Under the pieces are notes generated by a model. The model searched no databases, was not told where the DNA came from, and saw nothing but the letters and a program-made list of their open reading frames with translations. Position numbers and translations under genes: made by a program. From the NCBI GenBank assembly GCA_006226305.1, contig SBHG01000147.1, positions 775-64,774 of the forward strand: DNA of 64,000 nt, given 5' to 3'. Source of the stretch: Alphaproteobacteria bacterium (GTDB taxonomy: Bacteria; Pseudomonadota; Alphaproteobacteria; M2410). Below, in pieces: positions 20,464 to 30,539 of the stretch. The number at the start of each line of letters is the position of its first letter. Within the stretch, counting starts at the first letter, position 1.

Positions 20464-20569
20464 GCCGCCCTCCCTTGGCAAAGAATCAATTGCCGCCAAG
20501 GGACCACAAAAATACGCACAAAAAAAGGCGACCCGCTCAGGCCGCCCTTCAACAATTTGTGAGCTGGGC

Positions 20570-21091
20570 TCAGAGCCGGTAGCGGATCTGGTCTGTCCAG
20601 AAGCGCTCAAGCCGCTTGAGTGTCTTGTTGAGAACTGACAGATCTTCCGACTTGATCCCACCCACTTCCGATAAAGTGGAGGTGTGATGGTTGTAAAGAT
20701 CCTCAACCCGGCGGCAAATATCTTCCCCCGATTGTGTCAGGCTTACGCGCACCGACCGGCGATCTTGCTCGGATCGCTTGTGATCGATATAGCCGGCCTC
20801 CACCAGTTTTTTCAGATTGTAGGAAACATTCGATCCCAGATAGTGCCCGCGCGTGCGCAGCTCACCGGCCGTTAATTCCGATTCCCCGATATTGAAGAGC
20901 AACAGTGCCTGAACGCTGTTGATATCCGTCTGGCCCGAACGCTCAAGATCGTCCTTGATGACGTCCAGCAACTGACGGTGCAAACGCTCAATCAGGTTCA
21001 AGGCCTCCAGATAATTGACTTTCAGGTCTGCCTTGCCCTCGTTCTGTTTGATCCCAACTCCGATCAGCTCAGCTGTATTTGTCGCGCTCAT
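20570..21091 (-). CDS. MarR-family (winged-helix) transcriptional regulator
   Basis: INSVQALLLFNIGESELTAGELRTRGHYLGSNVSYNLKKLVEAGYIDHKRSEQDRRSVRVSLT. Confidence 0.8.
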   Translation of the reverse strand: MSATNTAELIGVGIKQNEGKADLKVNYLEALNLIERLHRQLLDVIKDDLERSGQTDINSVQALLLFNIGESELTAGELRTRGHYLGSNVSYNLKKLVEAGYIDHKRSEQDRRSVRVSLTQSGEDICRRVEDLYNHHTSTLSEVGGIKSEDLSVLNKTLKRLERFWTDQIRYRL

Positions 21092-21334
21092 CTTTAAAAC
21101 ACCCTACTCATAATCATGAAACACAAGTGTCAACATAAGGGTGATTGCCTAAAGAGTAGTTAAGTGAAGGCATTTCTTATTCTTTACAGAGGCTTAACCA
21201 CCCAGCCCCAACCCAAGGCAAATACTGAGCGCCATCAAAACAACGTAGTTAAAATCTATTCACCTAATCGCCCTACACCCAGTGGTGCCTCAATCTTTCC
21301 ATTTACCTTCTGGTAATCTTCCCTGTCTGCAAAG

Positions 21335-21363
21335 GTGACCCACTTGTAGAAGGGTGTTATACT
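21335..21363 (+). promoter_or_regulatory. candidate sigma70-type promoter of the islet gene
   Basis: GTGACC (21335-21340), a 17-nt spacer, then TATACT (21358-21363), 30 nt upstream of the GTG at 21393. GGGGG sits 7 nt before the start. Confidence 0.35.
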
Positions 21364-21392
21364 CGACCTGCTACACTTTATGGGGGTAAAGC

Positions 21393-23446
21393 GTGACAAC
21401 CTTGAAATACATTGCAGTGTCGATTGCCTTGTCAGTCATGCTGCCATCAAAAGTCGCTTTTGCGTGTATGTGCGGCCAAGACAACGAGTTCGAGGACTTT
21501 GCGCGTTCTGTACTTGTATTTGAAGGTATCGCGATCCGAACCATCGACAATCCCGATCTAAATACAGCCGACTACCAGTGGCCTTTTATCACCAGCTTCG
21601 AGGTTCTGGAGACCTATAAAGGTGAAAGCAGCCACGTTCAAAACATCCCGCACGCCACTCCGGGAGCACCCTACTGCGGCGCTGAGTTTATTCCGGGGCG
21701 GCACTATCATGTCTCCGTTCATCGACGTTTCAATGGCGAATTGGAAATCCATGGGTGCAGTAACACGTTTGAGATAGTCGCGCGCCCATGGGATTCCGAC
21801 CAGTTACCTGAACTTCTCGAACAGCCAAACAGCGATACACGGAATCTTTCTCGCAAGGTAAGTGAATTGCTGTATCAAAAGAGAATTCTCGAATTTGAGA
21901 ACTCCTACATCTCAGAATATTCGAACCTAATGAAGTCAGACAGATTTCAATTAGATCACTATCTCCGCTTTATAGCACGCGCCAAGAATTTCAACGACCC
22001 GGACAAAATAGAAGATCTATACAGTCTCGCGGAGATCAAATGGCCAGACGATCAAAAACTCATTAAACAAAGAGCCAGTTATCTGTTTGAATCAGGTCGG
22101 TTCGCCGAGGCCCTTCCTGCTCTGGTCAACGCTTTAAAGAACGATCCCAGAGACCAAAATCTTGAATCTCAGAAAGCCAAAGCCCTGTTGGCTCAAGAGG
22201 CCGAACTGACCCCCCGACAACTTGATTACACGAACCGTTCAATAGCCGATGCACAGCTTGACAATAACTACCTCTCCTATCGGGACTTTTCTGAAAGTCG
22301 CATTCAAATGCAAACTTTCAAAGCAGCATTCTCGCAAATACACGCTTCAACGACACTTTCATATCCAACTCGTCCTTTGAACAATCCCAACTATCGGGCG
22401 CAAATTTCTCTGGCGCGTACCTCGGTCAAACCTTCGAAGCGCCCAATAACAATAGCTTCGCCGATGCCGTGGGTCACCGCACAACATTCAAAGCAGCAAG
22501 CCTGGCCCAGGTAAACTTTACCCGAGCCCAATTCACACAATCAGATTTCACGCGAGCCAACCTCCAGCGCGCGAACTTCACCAATGCCAGCCTCAAGAAG
22601 TCCGTCTTGGACGGCGCCGATTTATCAAACGCAAATCTGCGCGGCGCCAATGTCTCAACAGTTAGTTTGGCAGGAGCTCAACTAATAGGGGCAAAAATTG
22701 ACTGTAAGACGCAGCTTCCCAGGGGCTTAAATATTAAGTACAGTCAGATCATTTGGGCTGAGCCAAGCTGCGATGGACATCCCCAAAGCAGGGATTTTTC
22801 AAATACCGATTGGGTTGAGGTCGACTTGTCCGGCTTAAATTTAGATGGAGCCAAGTTCTCTAACTCAAAGCTGGAGCTTGTGGACTTTCGCAGGAGTAGT
22901 CTCCAAGGTGCCGATTTTTCTAACGTGACCGGCAAAAAGCCATGGCAGGCAGCCGTGTTTTCGCAGGCCGATCTAACCAATGCCAGTTTCACGAATGCAA
23001 ATTTTCACCCCTATTTCGGCAGCAATGCGCGGTCTCCTGTACCCTCCCTTGCCGAGGAGAAAACGGGCCCCGCCGTTCTCCACAATACAGATTTCACCGG
23101 CGCAACATTGTCGACTAGTGCGTTTTTCACAAGATACCAAGGACAAGCAAATTTGCCGGACCTTCAGACCGCAAAATTCGACAATCTCACGCTGATATGT
23201 GCCTACAGCTCATTGGCTGACACCACGCATGAGCTGAACCAAATCCAACGACTAAAATCAGATGAAACCGGATTTTACAAAACCAGGTTTATGAAAGACC
23301 ATATAATCAAGAACTACGAAGAAGATTTGAGGCATGCCAGCGAAACCGTTGCGACAGAACGCAATCTTTTTATGTTTTTCAAAAATAACTGGCCGGACAC
23401 CAAATTTGACAAGTCCTGTGCTCAATACTTAAGCGATCAGCATTAG
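21393..23446 (+). pseudogene. frameshifted gene for a secreted protein: signal peptide, TIMP/NTR-like Cys-x-Cys module, TPR-like helices, pentapeptide repeats
   Basis: Track ORFs 21393-22514 and 22469-23446 are one reading frame broken near 22293-22296. Pentapeptide periodicity runs in frame 0 up to YRDFS (ends 22292) and resumes in the next frame at 22295 (KSHS NANFQ SSILA NTRFN DTFIS NSSFE QSQLS GANFS GAYLG...). The pentad across the junction has 14 nt instead of 15. Restored length would be 684 aa. Confidence 0.7.
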
Positions 23447-24150
23447 CCAAAAAGAATATGACGCAGGTCGTCGTACTTGCCCAGATAGATGAGGATGATC
23501 CCATAGGTGTCGACAAAACCGTGGAGCAAGATAGTGAACCAGAGGTTTCGCCCACTCCAGACATAAATCACACCAAAGACGAGGCCCATGAGCCCTGTCA
23601 TGATCATGCCCACCGTGTCCTGATAGAAATGCGGCAGGCCGAAGAGGACTGACGAGCCGGCAATGGCGATGACCGTTGCAGCAAAGGAACCACCCAAAAG
23701 TCGTTCGATGCCCTGCAGGATAAACCCCCGAAACAGCATCTCTTCCAAAAACCCACCGACAATCCAGCCCAGGGCCAGCATAATCCCTGTGTTGAGAATA
23801 TTGCCCTCAAGAGAGTCAAAATTGGAAAGGTCAATGGTCTCGCCCAGATACTGGCTTACCAAGGGCTCAATCCCGCCCGACAAAAGTGTTTCGAACAAAA
23901 CCGCCAGAACAACTGTGATACCAATCAGTCGCCACCAGTTTTCCTGCCCGCGATAGCCAAGTTTTCGAAATCCATCCCGACGCAGGGTCGTAAAGACCAG
24001 CATTAAAAGAAAACTGCCAAGTACCGCGACATTCGAATAGGCATTTGAAAAGGTCGCGCAAATGGCAAGGATGATGAGAACAACCGCACCGCCCAGCACT
24101 GCCGGTTGGTCGAAGTTGGATCGAAATCCATCTTGTCCGGTTTCGCTCAT
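23443..24150 (-). CDS. CPBP-family intramembrane glutamic endopeptidase (CAAX protease/Abi-like)
   Basis: Polytopic, with the EEMLFRGF motif, FGLPHF and LLHGFVD. Confidence 0.8.
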   Translation of the reverse strand: MSETGQDGFRSNFDQPAVLGGAVVLIILAICATFSNAYSNVAVLGSFLLMLVFTTLRRDGFRKLGYRGQENWWRLIGITVVLAVLFETLLSGGIEPLVSQYLGETIDLSNFDSLEGNILNTGIMLALGWIVGGFLEEMLFRGFILQGIERLLGGSFAATVIAIAGSSVLFGLPHFYQDTVGMIMTGLMGLVFGVIYVWSGRNLWFTILLHGFVDTYGIILIYLGKYDDLRHILFG

Positions 24151-24162
24151 ACCACCCTCCTC

Positions 24163-27100
24163 TTACATATTTCTCCGATACTGGCCACCGACCTCGAAGA
24201 ATGCCTCTGTGATTTGCCCGAGTGAGCATACCCGCGCCGCATTCATCAGCTCTGCAAACACATTCTCATTCGCGATCACGGAGGCCTTGAGCCGCTCAAG
24301 CGCCACCTTGGCCTCCTCAGCGTGAGTTTCCTGGAAAGTCTGTAGCCGCGCAAGCTGGCCCTGCTTCATGGTTTCAGAAGAGCGCGCAAGTTCGATAACT
24401 TTCTCCTCCGCCTCATCCTCTTCCGGGTTGAGGAAAGTATTGACGCCAATGATCGGCAATGAGCCATCGTGCTTCTTGTGTTCATAAAGCATGCTCTCTT
24501 CCTGGATGCGGCCCCGCTGATAGCCCGTCTCCATGGCCCCAAGCACCCCGCCGCGCTCCGAAATCCGTTCAAACTCTTTGAGTACCGCTTCTTCAACGAG
24601 ATCGGTCAGCTCATCAATGACATAGCTACCTTGGTTCGGGTTCTCGTTCTTCGCCAGACCCCATTCCCGGTTGATGATGAGCTGGATGGCCAGCGCCCGG
24701 CGCACGCTTTCATTCGTCGGCGTGGTCACCGCCTCGTCATAGGCATTGGTGTGCAGCGAGTTGCAATTGTCATAAATGGCGATGAGCGCCTGTAGCGTGG
24801 TGCGGATGTCATTGAACGACATTTCCTGTGCGTGCAGCGAACGGCCCGAGGTTTGAATGTGATACTTCAGCTTCTGGCTGCGCTCATTGGCACCATACTT
24901 GTCGCGCAGGGTCGTCGCCCAGATGCGCCGCGCCACCCGGCCCATCACCGTATATTCCGGGTCCATGCCATTTGAGAAGAAGTAGGAAAAGTTGGGCGCA
25001 AAGTCGTCGATATCAAGGCCGCGCGCGAGGTAGGCCTCCACATAGGTAAAGCCATTGGCGAGGGTGAACGCCAACTGGCTGATCGGGTTCGCGCCTGCCT
25101 CGGCAATGTGATAGCCCGAAATCGATACCGAGTAGAAATTGCGTACTTTGTTGGCAACGAAATACTCGGCAATGTCGCCCATCATCTTCAAAGAGAACTC
25201 GGTTGAGAAGATGCAGGTATTCTGACCCTGGTCTTCCTTCAAGATATCCGCCTGCACTGTCCCGCGAACGTTTTCCAGGACCCAGGCCCTCAGTTCCGCC
25301 CGCTCTGCCTCCGTGGCAGCACGGCCTTCTTCGGCTTCATACTGCTTAAGCCGTTGATCGATCGCCGCATTAAGGAAGAACGCCAGGATCGTCGGCGCCG
25401 GACCATTGATGGTCATTGAGACCGAATTCATCGGACTGCAAAGATCAAAGCCATCGTAAAGCACCTTCATGTCGTCGAGAGTCGCGATGGAAACGCCGGA
25501 ATTGCCCACCTTGCCATAGATGTCGGGGCGCTCCGCCGGATCACAGCCATAGAGGGTTACCGAGTCAAAGGCCGTCGATAGCCGCTTGGCATCGGAATAT
25601 TCGGAGAGGACTTTAAAGCGTCGGTTGGTCTGCGCGGCGTCCCCCTCGCCCGCAAACATCCGAGCCGGATCTTCATTCTCCCGCTTGAACGGAAACACAC
25701 CCGCAGTAAAGGGGAAGTACCCCGGCAAATTCTCTTTGAGGAGGAAGCGCAAAATCTCGCCCGCATCTTCATACTTGGGCACCGAGACCCGGCGCACGTC
25801 ATTGCCTGAAAGCGTTTCAGATTTAAGCCGCGAGCGGATCTCCCGGTCCCGCACGCGGGTCACGAGCTCATCCCCTTGATAGGCTTCCTTAAGCGCAGGC
25901 CATGCCGCCAGCAACTCTTTCGAACGGGCATCAAGAGCATTATCTTTAACGCCAATCAGCGCATTAAGCGGCGCCCCATCCGAGCCTGCAGCCTCAAGCA
26001 TCTCTTTGGAGGCGGTCAATTGTTGCCGTTCCCGCGCAAGCTTGGCCTGACTTTCCGCGTGGTCATGATAAGCCCGCACCGTCTCGGCAATCTCCGCCAG
26101 ATAGCGCCGCCGCTCAGGGGGCACAATCACAGTAGCCTCTGTTGAGACCTTGGTTGTGACCACAGGCAGGGTTCCTGCCCCAAGATCAAGGAGGCCGCGT
26201 TCTTTCAAAAGCGATTTGATGCCCTGATAGAGCGCCGTCACCCCATCGTCGTTGAATTTAGCCGCAATGGTGCCAAACACAGGCATGTCCTCAGGCGCTT
26301 TGGAGAAATCCTCGTGATTGCGCTGCACCTGCTTGCGCACATCCCTCAGCGCATCTTCCGCGCCGCGCCGATCAAACTTGTTGATAGCAACGATGTCTGC
26401 AAAGTCCAGCATGTCGATTTTTTCAAGCTGGCTGGCCGCGCCAAACTCCGGCGTCATGACATATAGCGAGGCATCGACCAGCGGCAACAGACCCGCATTG
26501 CCCTGCCCGATCCCAGGGGTCTCAACAATGATGAGGTCAAAGCCGCCAAGCTTGACCGCCGCGATCATGTCGTCCAGATGCGCCGGCACTTCCGTTTGCG
26601 CGTCCCGGGTCGCGATCGAGCGCATATAAATATTCGGATGATCAATGGCATTCATGCGGATCCGGTCGCCAAGCAAAGCCCCCCCGGAGCGCCGCCGGGT
26701 CGGATCAATCGCCAGGATCGCAATCTTCAAAGCATCACTTTGGTCATTGCGGAACCGCCGGATCACTTCGTCCGTCAGAGAGGATTTGCCAGCCCCGCCC
26801 GTGCCGGTAATACCGAACACCGGGACTTTGACAGCTTTCGCCCCTTCCCGGATCGCCCCTACGAGACCTTCCGGCGCTTCTTCATTCTCAATCGCGGTAA
26901 TGATCCGGGCAAGGTCCTGCCAGCCTTCAGCAGCCAGTCCAGAGATGTCGCCTGGCACCTTTTCGCAGAGATCAAAATCTGACTTTGCGATGATGTCGTT
27001 GATCATGCCCTGTAGCCCAAGCCGCTGGCCATCTTCTGGCGAATAAATCCGTTTCACCCCTTGGGCCTCCAGCGCCTTGATCTCGCGCGGCACAATCACG

Positions 27101-27423
27101 CCGCCGCCACCGCCAAAGACACCGATGTGCCCGGCGCCGCGCTCGGCCAGCATATCCACCATGTATTTGAAGTATTCATTGTGGCCGCCCTGATAGGACG
27201 ACACGGCAATCGCCTGGACATCTTCCTGGATGGCCGCCCGGACAATCTCTTCCACAGAGCGGTTGTGCCCCAGGTGAATCAGCTCCGCCCCGGTGGACTG
27301 TAAAATTCGCCGCATCACATTGATCGCCGCATCATGCCCATCAAACAGGCTCGTGGCGGTGACGACCCGGATCTTGTTCCGGGCTTGATATTTTTGCGGC
27401 AAATGGCTGGCGGTCTCAGACAT
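24163..27423 (-). CDS. icmF: fused isobutyryl-CoA mutase IcmF (B12-binding domain + MeaB-like GTPase + mutase barrel)
   Basis: N-terminal B12 domain ([14 protein letters not shown]), central G-domain ([16 protein letters not shown]...ILAIDPTRR...NKFD), C-terminal mutase domain. ATG at 27423. Confidence 0.9.
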   Translation of the reverse strand: MSETASHLPQKYQARNKIRVVTATSLFDGHDAAINVMRRILQSTGAELIHLGHNRSVEEIVRAAIQEDVQAIAVSSYQGGHNEYFKYMVDMLAERGAGHIGVFGGGGGVIVPREIKALEAQGVKRIYSPEDGQRLGLQGMINDIIAKSDFDLCEKVPGDISGLAAEGWQDLARIITAIENEEAPEGLVGAIREGAKAVKVPVFGITGTGGAGKSSLTDEVIRRFRNDQSDALKIAILAIDPTRRRSGGALLGDRIRMNAIDHPNIYMRSIATRDAQTEVPAHLDDMIAAVKLGGFDLIIVETPGIGQGNAGLLPLVDASLYVMTPEFGAASQLEKIDMLDFADIVAINKFDRRGAEDALRDVRKQVQRNHEDFSKAPEDMPVFGTIAAKFNDDGVTALYQGIKSLLKERGLLDLGAGTLPVVTTKVSTEATVIVPPERRRYLAEIAETVRAYHDHAESQAKLARERQQLTASKEMLEAAGSDGAPLNALIGVKDNALDARSKELLAAWPALKEAYQGDELVTRVRDREIRSRLKSETLSGNDVRRVSVPKYEDAGEILRFLLKENLPGYFPFTAGVFPFKRENEDPARMFAGEGDAAQTNRRFKVLSEYSDAKRLSTAFDSVTLYGCDPAERPDIYGKVGNSGVSIATLDDMKVLYDGFDLCSPMNSVSMTINGPAPTILAFFLNAAIDQRLKQYEAEEGRAATEAERAELRAWVLENVRGTVQADILKEDQGQNTCIFSTEFSLKMMGDIAEYFVANKVRNFYSVSISGYHIAEAGANPISQLAFTLANGFTYVEAYLARGLDIDDFAPNFSYFFSNGMDPEYTVMGRVARRIWATTLRDKYGANERSQKLKYHIQTSGRSLHAQEMSFNDIRTTLQALIAIYDNCNSLHTNAYDEAVTTPTNESVRRALAIQLIINREWGLAKNENPNQGSYVIDELTDLVEEAVLKEFERISERGGVLGAMETGYQRGRIQEESMLYEHKKHDGSLPIIGVNTFLNPEEDEAEEKVIELARSSETMKQGQLARLQTFQETHAEEAKVALERLKASVIANENVFAELMNAARVCSLGQITEAFFEVGGQYRRNM

Positions 27424-27535
27424 CCCGGTTGCTTCCCTACCTTCTGATTTCCAAGTCACAATATACACCCAATTTCCTCGCCCGATGCGCCGCCCAAGTC
27501 AATTTGCTTTTTTCCTTGAAAACAGACAGTTTTGA

Positions 27536-28621
<1,086 letters not shown>

Positions 28622-28685
28622 AGGCTAGCGAGGGAAATTTGTCCCGATCTGGGACTTGCGTGATCCCCCTCTGACATGAAATGAT

Positions 28686-28709
28686 AGAGCCGCAATTGGG
28701 GGCTCTTTA
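28686..28709 (+). terminator. weak candidate terminator after hemB
   Basis: AGAGCC (28686-28691) pairs with GGCTCT (28701-28706), followed by only TTT. Confidence 0.3.
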
Positions 28710-28734
28710 GGCGAGCCAAGGGGTGATTCTTGGG

Positions 28735-29547
28735 ATGAAAAAGCTACTGGATAGCTTCGTTGATTGGTTTAACCGCCTGTTTGGCTGGGATTATGCCGGC
28801 TATGATTCGATCATCGGGATCAGCCTCATCATCATTGGCGCGATTGTTTTCTATTTCCTGCTGAAGCTGGCCATGCGGCCGCTGGTGCCCCTCTTCAACG
28901 CCGAACACGCCAAAATCAATGCCCATCTACCGGATATCCAGAAGGGCGTCCGCGAGGCCCATCGCCGCTCCGCAGCCCCCGTTCCGAGCTTTCAGGACAG
29001 CGCTGGCGCAGAGCTCGAGCCACTGCCAGCAGGCCAAAGCCAAAATGAAAACATTCCCTTTGTTCACATCCTGCCGATGGAAGACTTCAACCACGCAAGC
29101 GAAGAGGCAAGCAAACTCGCCGGACTCTTTGCGGACGGGCTTGCCGATACCTTGACCAATATCCCGCAAGTAGAGGTCACACGGACGCGGGTAGACGATG
29201 ATTTGGAAACACTCTGTAAAGGCAAGGGCTTGCGCTATACCGTCAATGGCAAAATCGAACCGCGCGACGATGATCTGTCCGTGTCGCTCATCGTCAAGGA
29301 TACCGCCGCCGGCCACTGCATTATGAAGAACACGCAGATCTGCGCCTACGACAAGATGCCCGCTCTGGAAAAGGAATTTGCCGCCGAGGTTGCCTCAGCT
29401 GTCTTGATGCATCATCGCCAGCTCCTCAAGAACACCCGAGATCTGATCAATTCTCAGCAGCAAGGCGGGCAATCAGGCTCGACGTATCCCAGCGGCCGCC
29501 GCCCATCTCCTGCACTTCCGCGTAAAACTGGTCGACCAATCGCGTAA
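28735..29547 (+). CDS. hypothetical membrane-anchored protein with a TolB-N/LpoB-like domain
   Basis: One TM helix (IIGISLIIIGAIVFYFLL). IPFVHILPMEDFNHASEEASKLAGLFADGLADTLTNIPQVEVTRTR...LRYTVNGKI resembles the (AVLPFxN...YFADGLTEELIT.LS...L.VISR) module found in membrane and regulatory proteins. The low-complexity tail overlaps the next gene. Confidence 0.55.
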   Translation: MKKLLDSFVDWFNRLFGWDYAGYDSIIGISLIIIGAIVFYFLLKLAMRPLVPLFNAEHAKINAHLPDIQKGVREAHRRSAAPVPSFQDSAGAELEPLPAGQSQNENIPFVHILPMEDFNHASEEASKLAGLFADGLADTLTNIPQVEVTRTRVDDDLETLCKGKGLRYTVNGKIEPRDDDLSVSLIVKDTAAGHCIMKNTQICAYDKMPALEKEFAAEVASAVLMHHRQLLKNTRDLINSQQQGGQSGSTYPSGRRPSPALPRKTGRPIA

Positions 29548-30319
29548 CAGGTAGCGGCGCGCCCACCCGCTCGGCCTCCTTCAGACAAATGCCTAAATCC
29601 TTGCGCATCCAATCCACTGCAAAGCCGTAGTCGAACTTACGCGCATGCATGGTCGCCGAGCGATTTTCCATCTGCCAGCTTTGCGCCGCCCCTTTCGAAA
29701 TCACATCGACAACGGCCTCAACATCCAGCCCAACTTTCTCGGCAAACAAGATTGCTTCTGACAGGCCTTGAACCAACCCGGCGATGCAGATTTGATTGAC
29801 CATCTTCGCAAGTTGACCGCTACCAGCAGGCCCAAGCAATCGCACGGACTTGGCGTAGACGTCCAATAATGGCCGCGCGCGCTCAAAAGGCTCTTCTTCA
29901 CCACCAACCATAATGGTCAATTGACCCAGCTCAGCGCCGCTTTGGCCACCTGAAACGGGCGCGTCCAGAAATCCGACGCCTATCTTCTGTGCTGCTTGAA
30001 AGAGCTCCCGCGCCAGCTCTGCTGAAGCCGTGGTGTGATCGACAAGAATGGCCCCAGGCGACATGCCTTCCAGAGCGCCCTCTTGGCCAAAGACAACCGA
30101 GCGCACGTCATCATCATTTCCCACGCAAAGCGCCACCAGTTCAGCCCCAAATGCGGCTTCCCGAGGGGTCGGGGCGCAATGGCCGCCGTGCTCGGCGACC
30201 CACTTCTCAGCCCTGGATGCTGTGCGATTATAGACTGTCACCTCATGGCCTTTCTTCCTGAGGTGCCCGGCCATCGGATATCCCATGACCCCGAGCCCGA
30301 TAAATGCAACCTTTGCCAT
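29447..30319 (-). CDS. NAD(P)-dependent oxidoreductase, 3-hydroxyisobutyrate dehydrogenase family
   Basis: MAKVAFIGLGVMGYPMAGHL...LDAPVSGG..GA..G.LTIMVGG. Confidence 0.85.
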   Translation of the reverse strand: MAKVAFIGLGVMGYPMAGHLRKKGHEVTVYNRTASRAEKWVAEHGGHCAPTPREAAFGAELVALCVGNDDDVRSVVFGQEGALEGMSPGAILVDHTTASAELARELFQAAQKIGVGFLDAPVSGGQSGAELGQLTIMVGGEEEPFERARPLLDVYAKSVRLLGPAGSGQLAKMVNQICIAGLVQGLSEAILFAEKVGLDVEAVVDVISKGAAQSWQMENRSATMHARKFDYGFAVDWMRKDLGICLKEAERVGAPLPVTRLVDQFYAEVQEMGGGRWDTSSLIARLAAEN

Positions 30320-30539
30320 GACTTTTTGATCCTTTTTCGTCTTGCGCCTTACCCGCCTTGGTTAACAGAGGGATGCGACACTTCGCCCATCAAGTCAAAA
30401 AAGTTTTTCAAAAGTTCTTGGGAAAAATTCGCCAAAAGATGGTAGGGTTCTCAAATACAGATCCCGGTTTTCTGCGCTTTAACAACAAAAACAATAATCG
30501 TCGTAGCAACTCCCCTCTCAGCCCATTAAAATCATCTTT

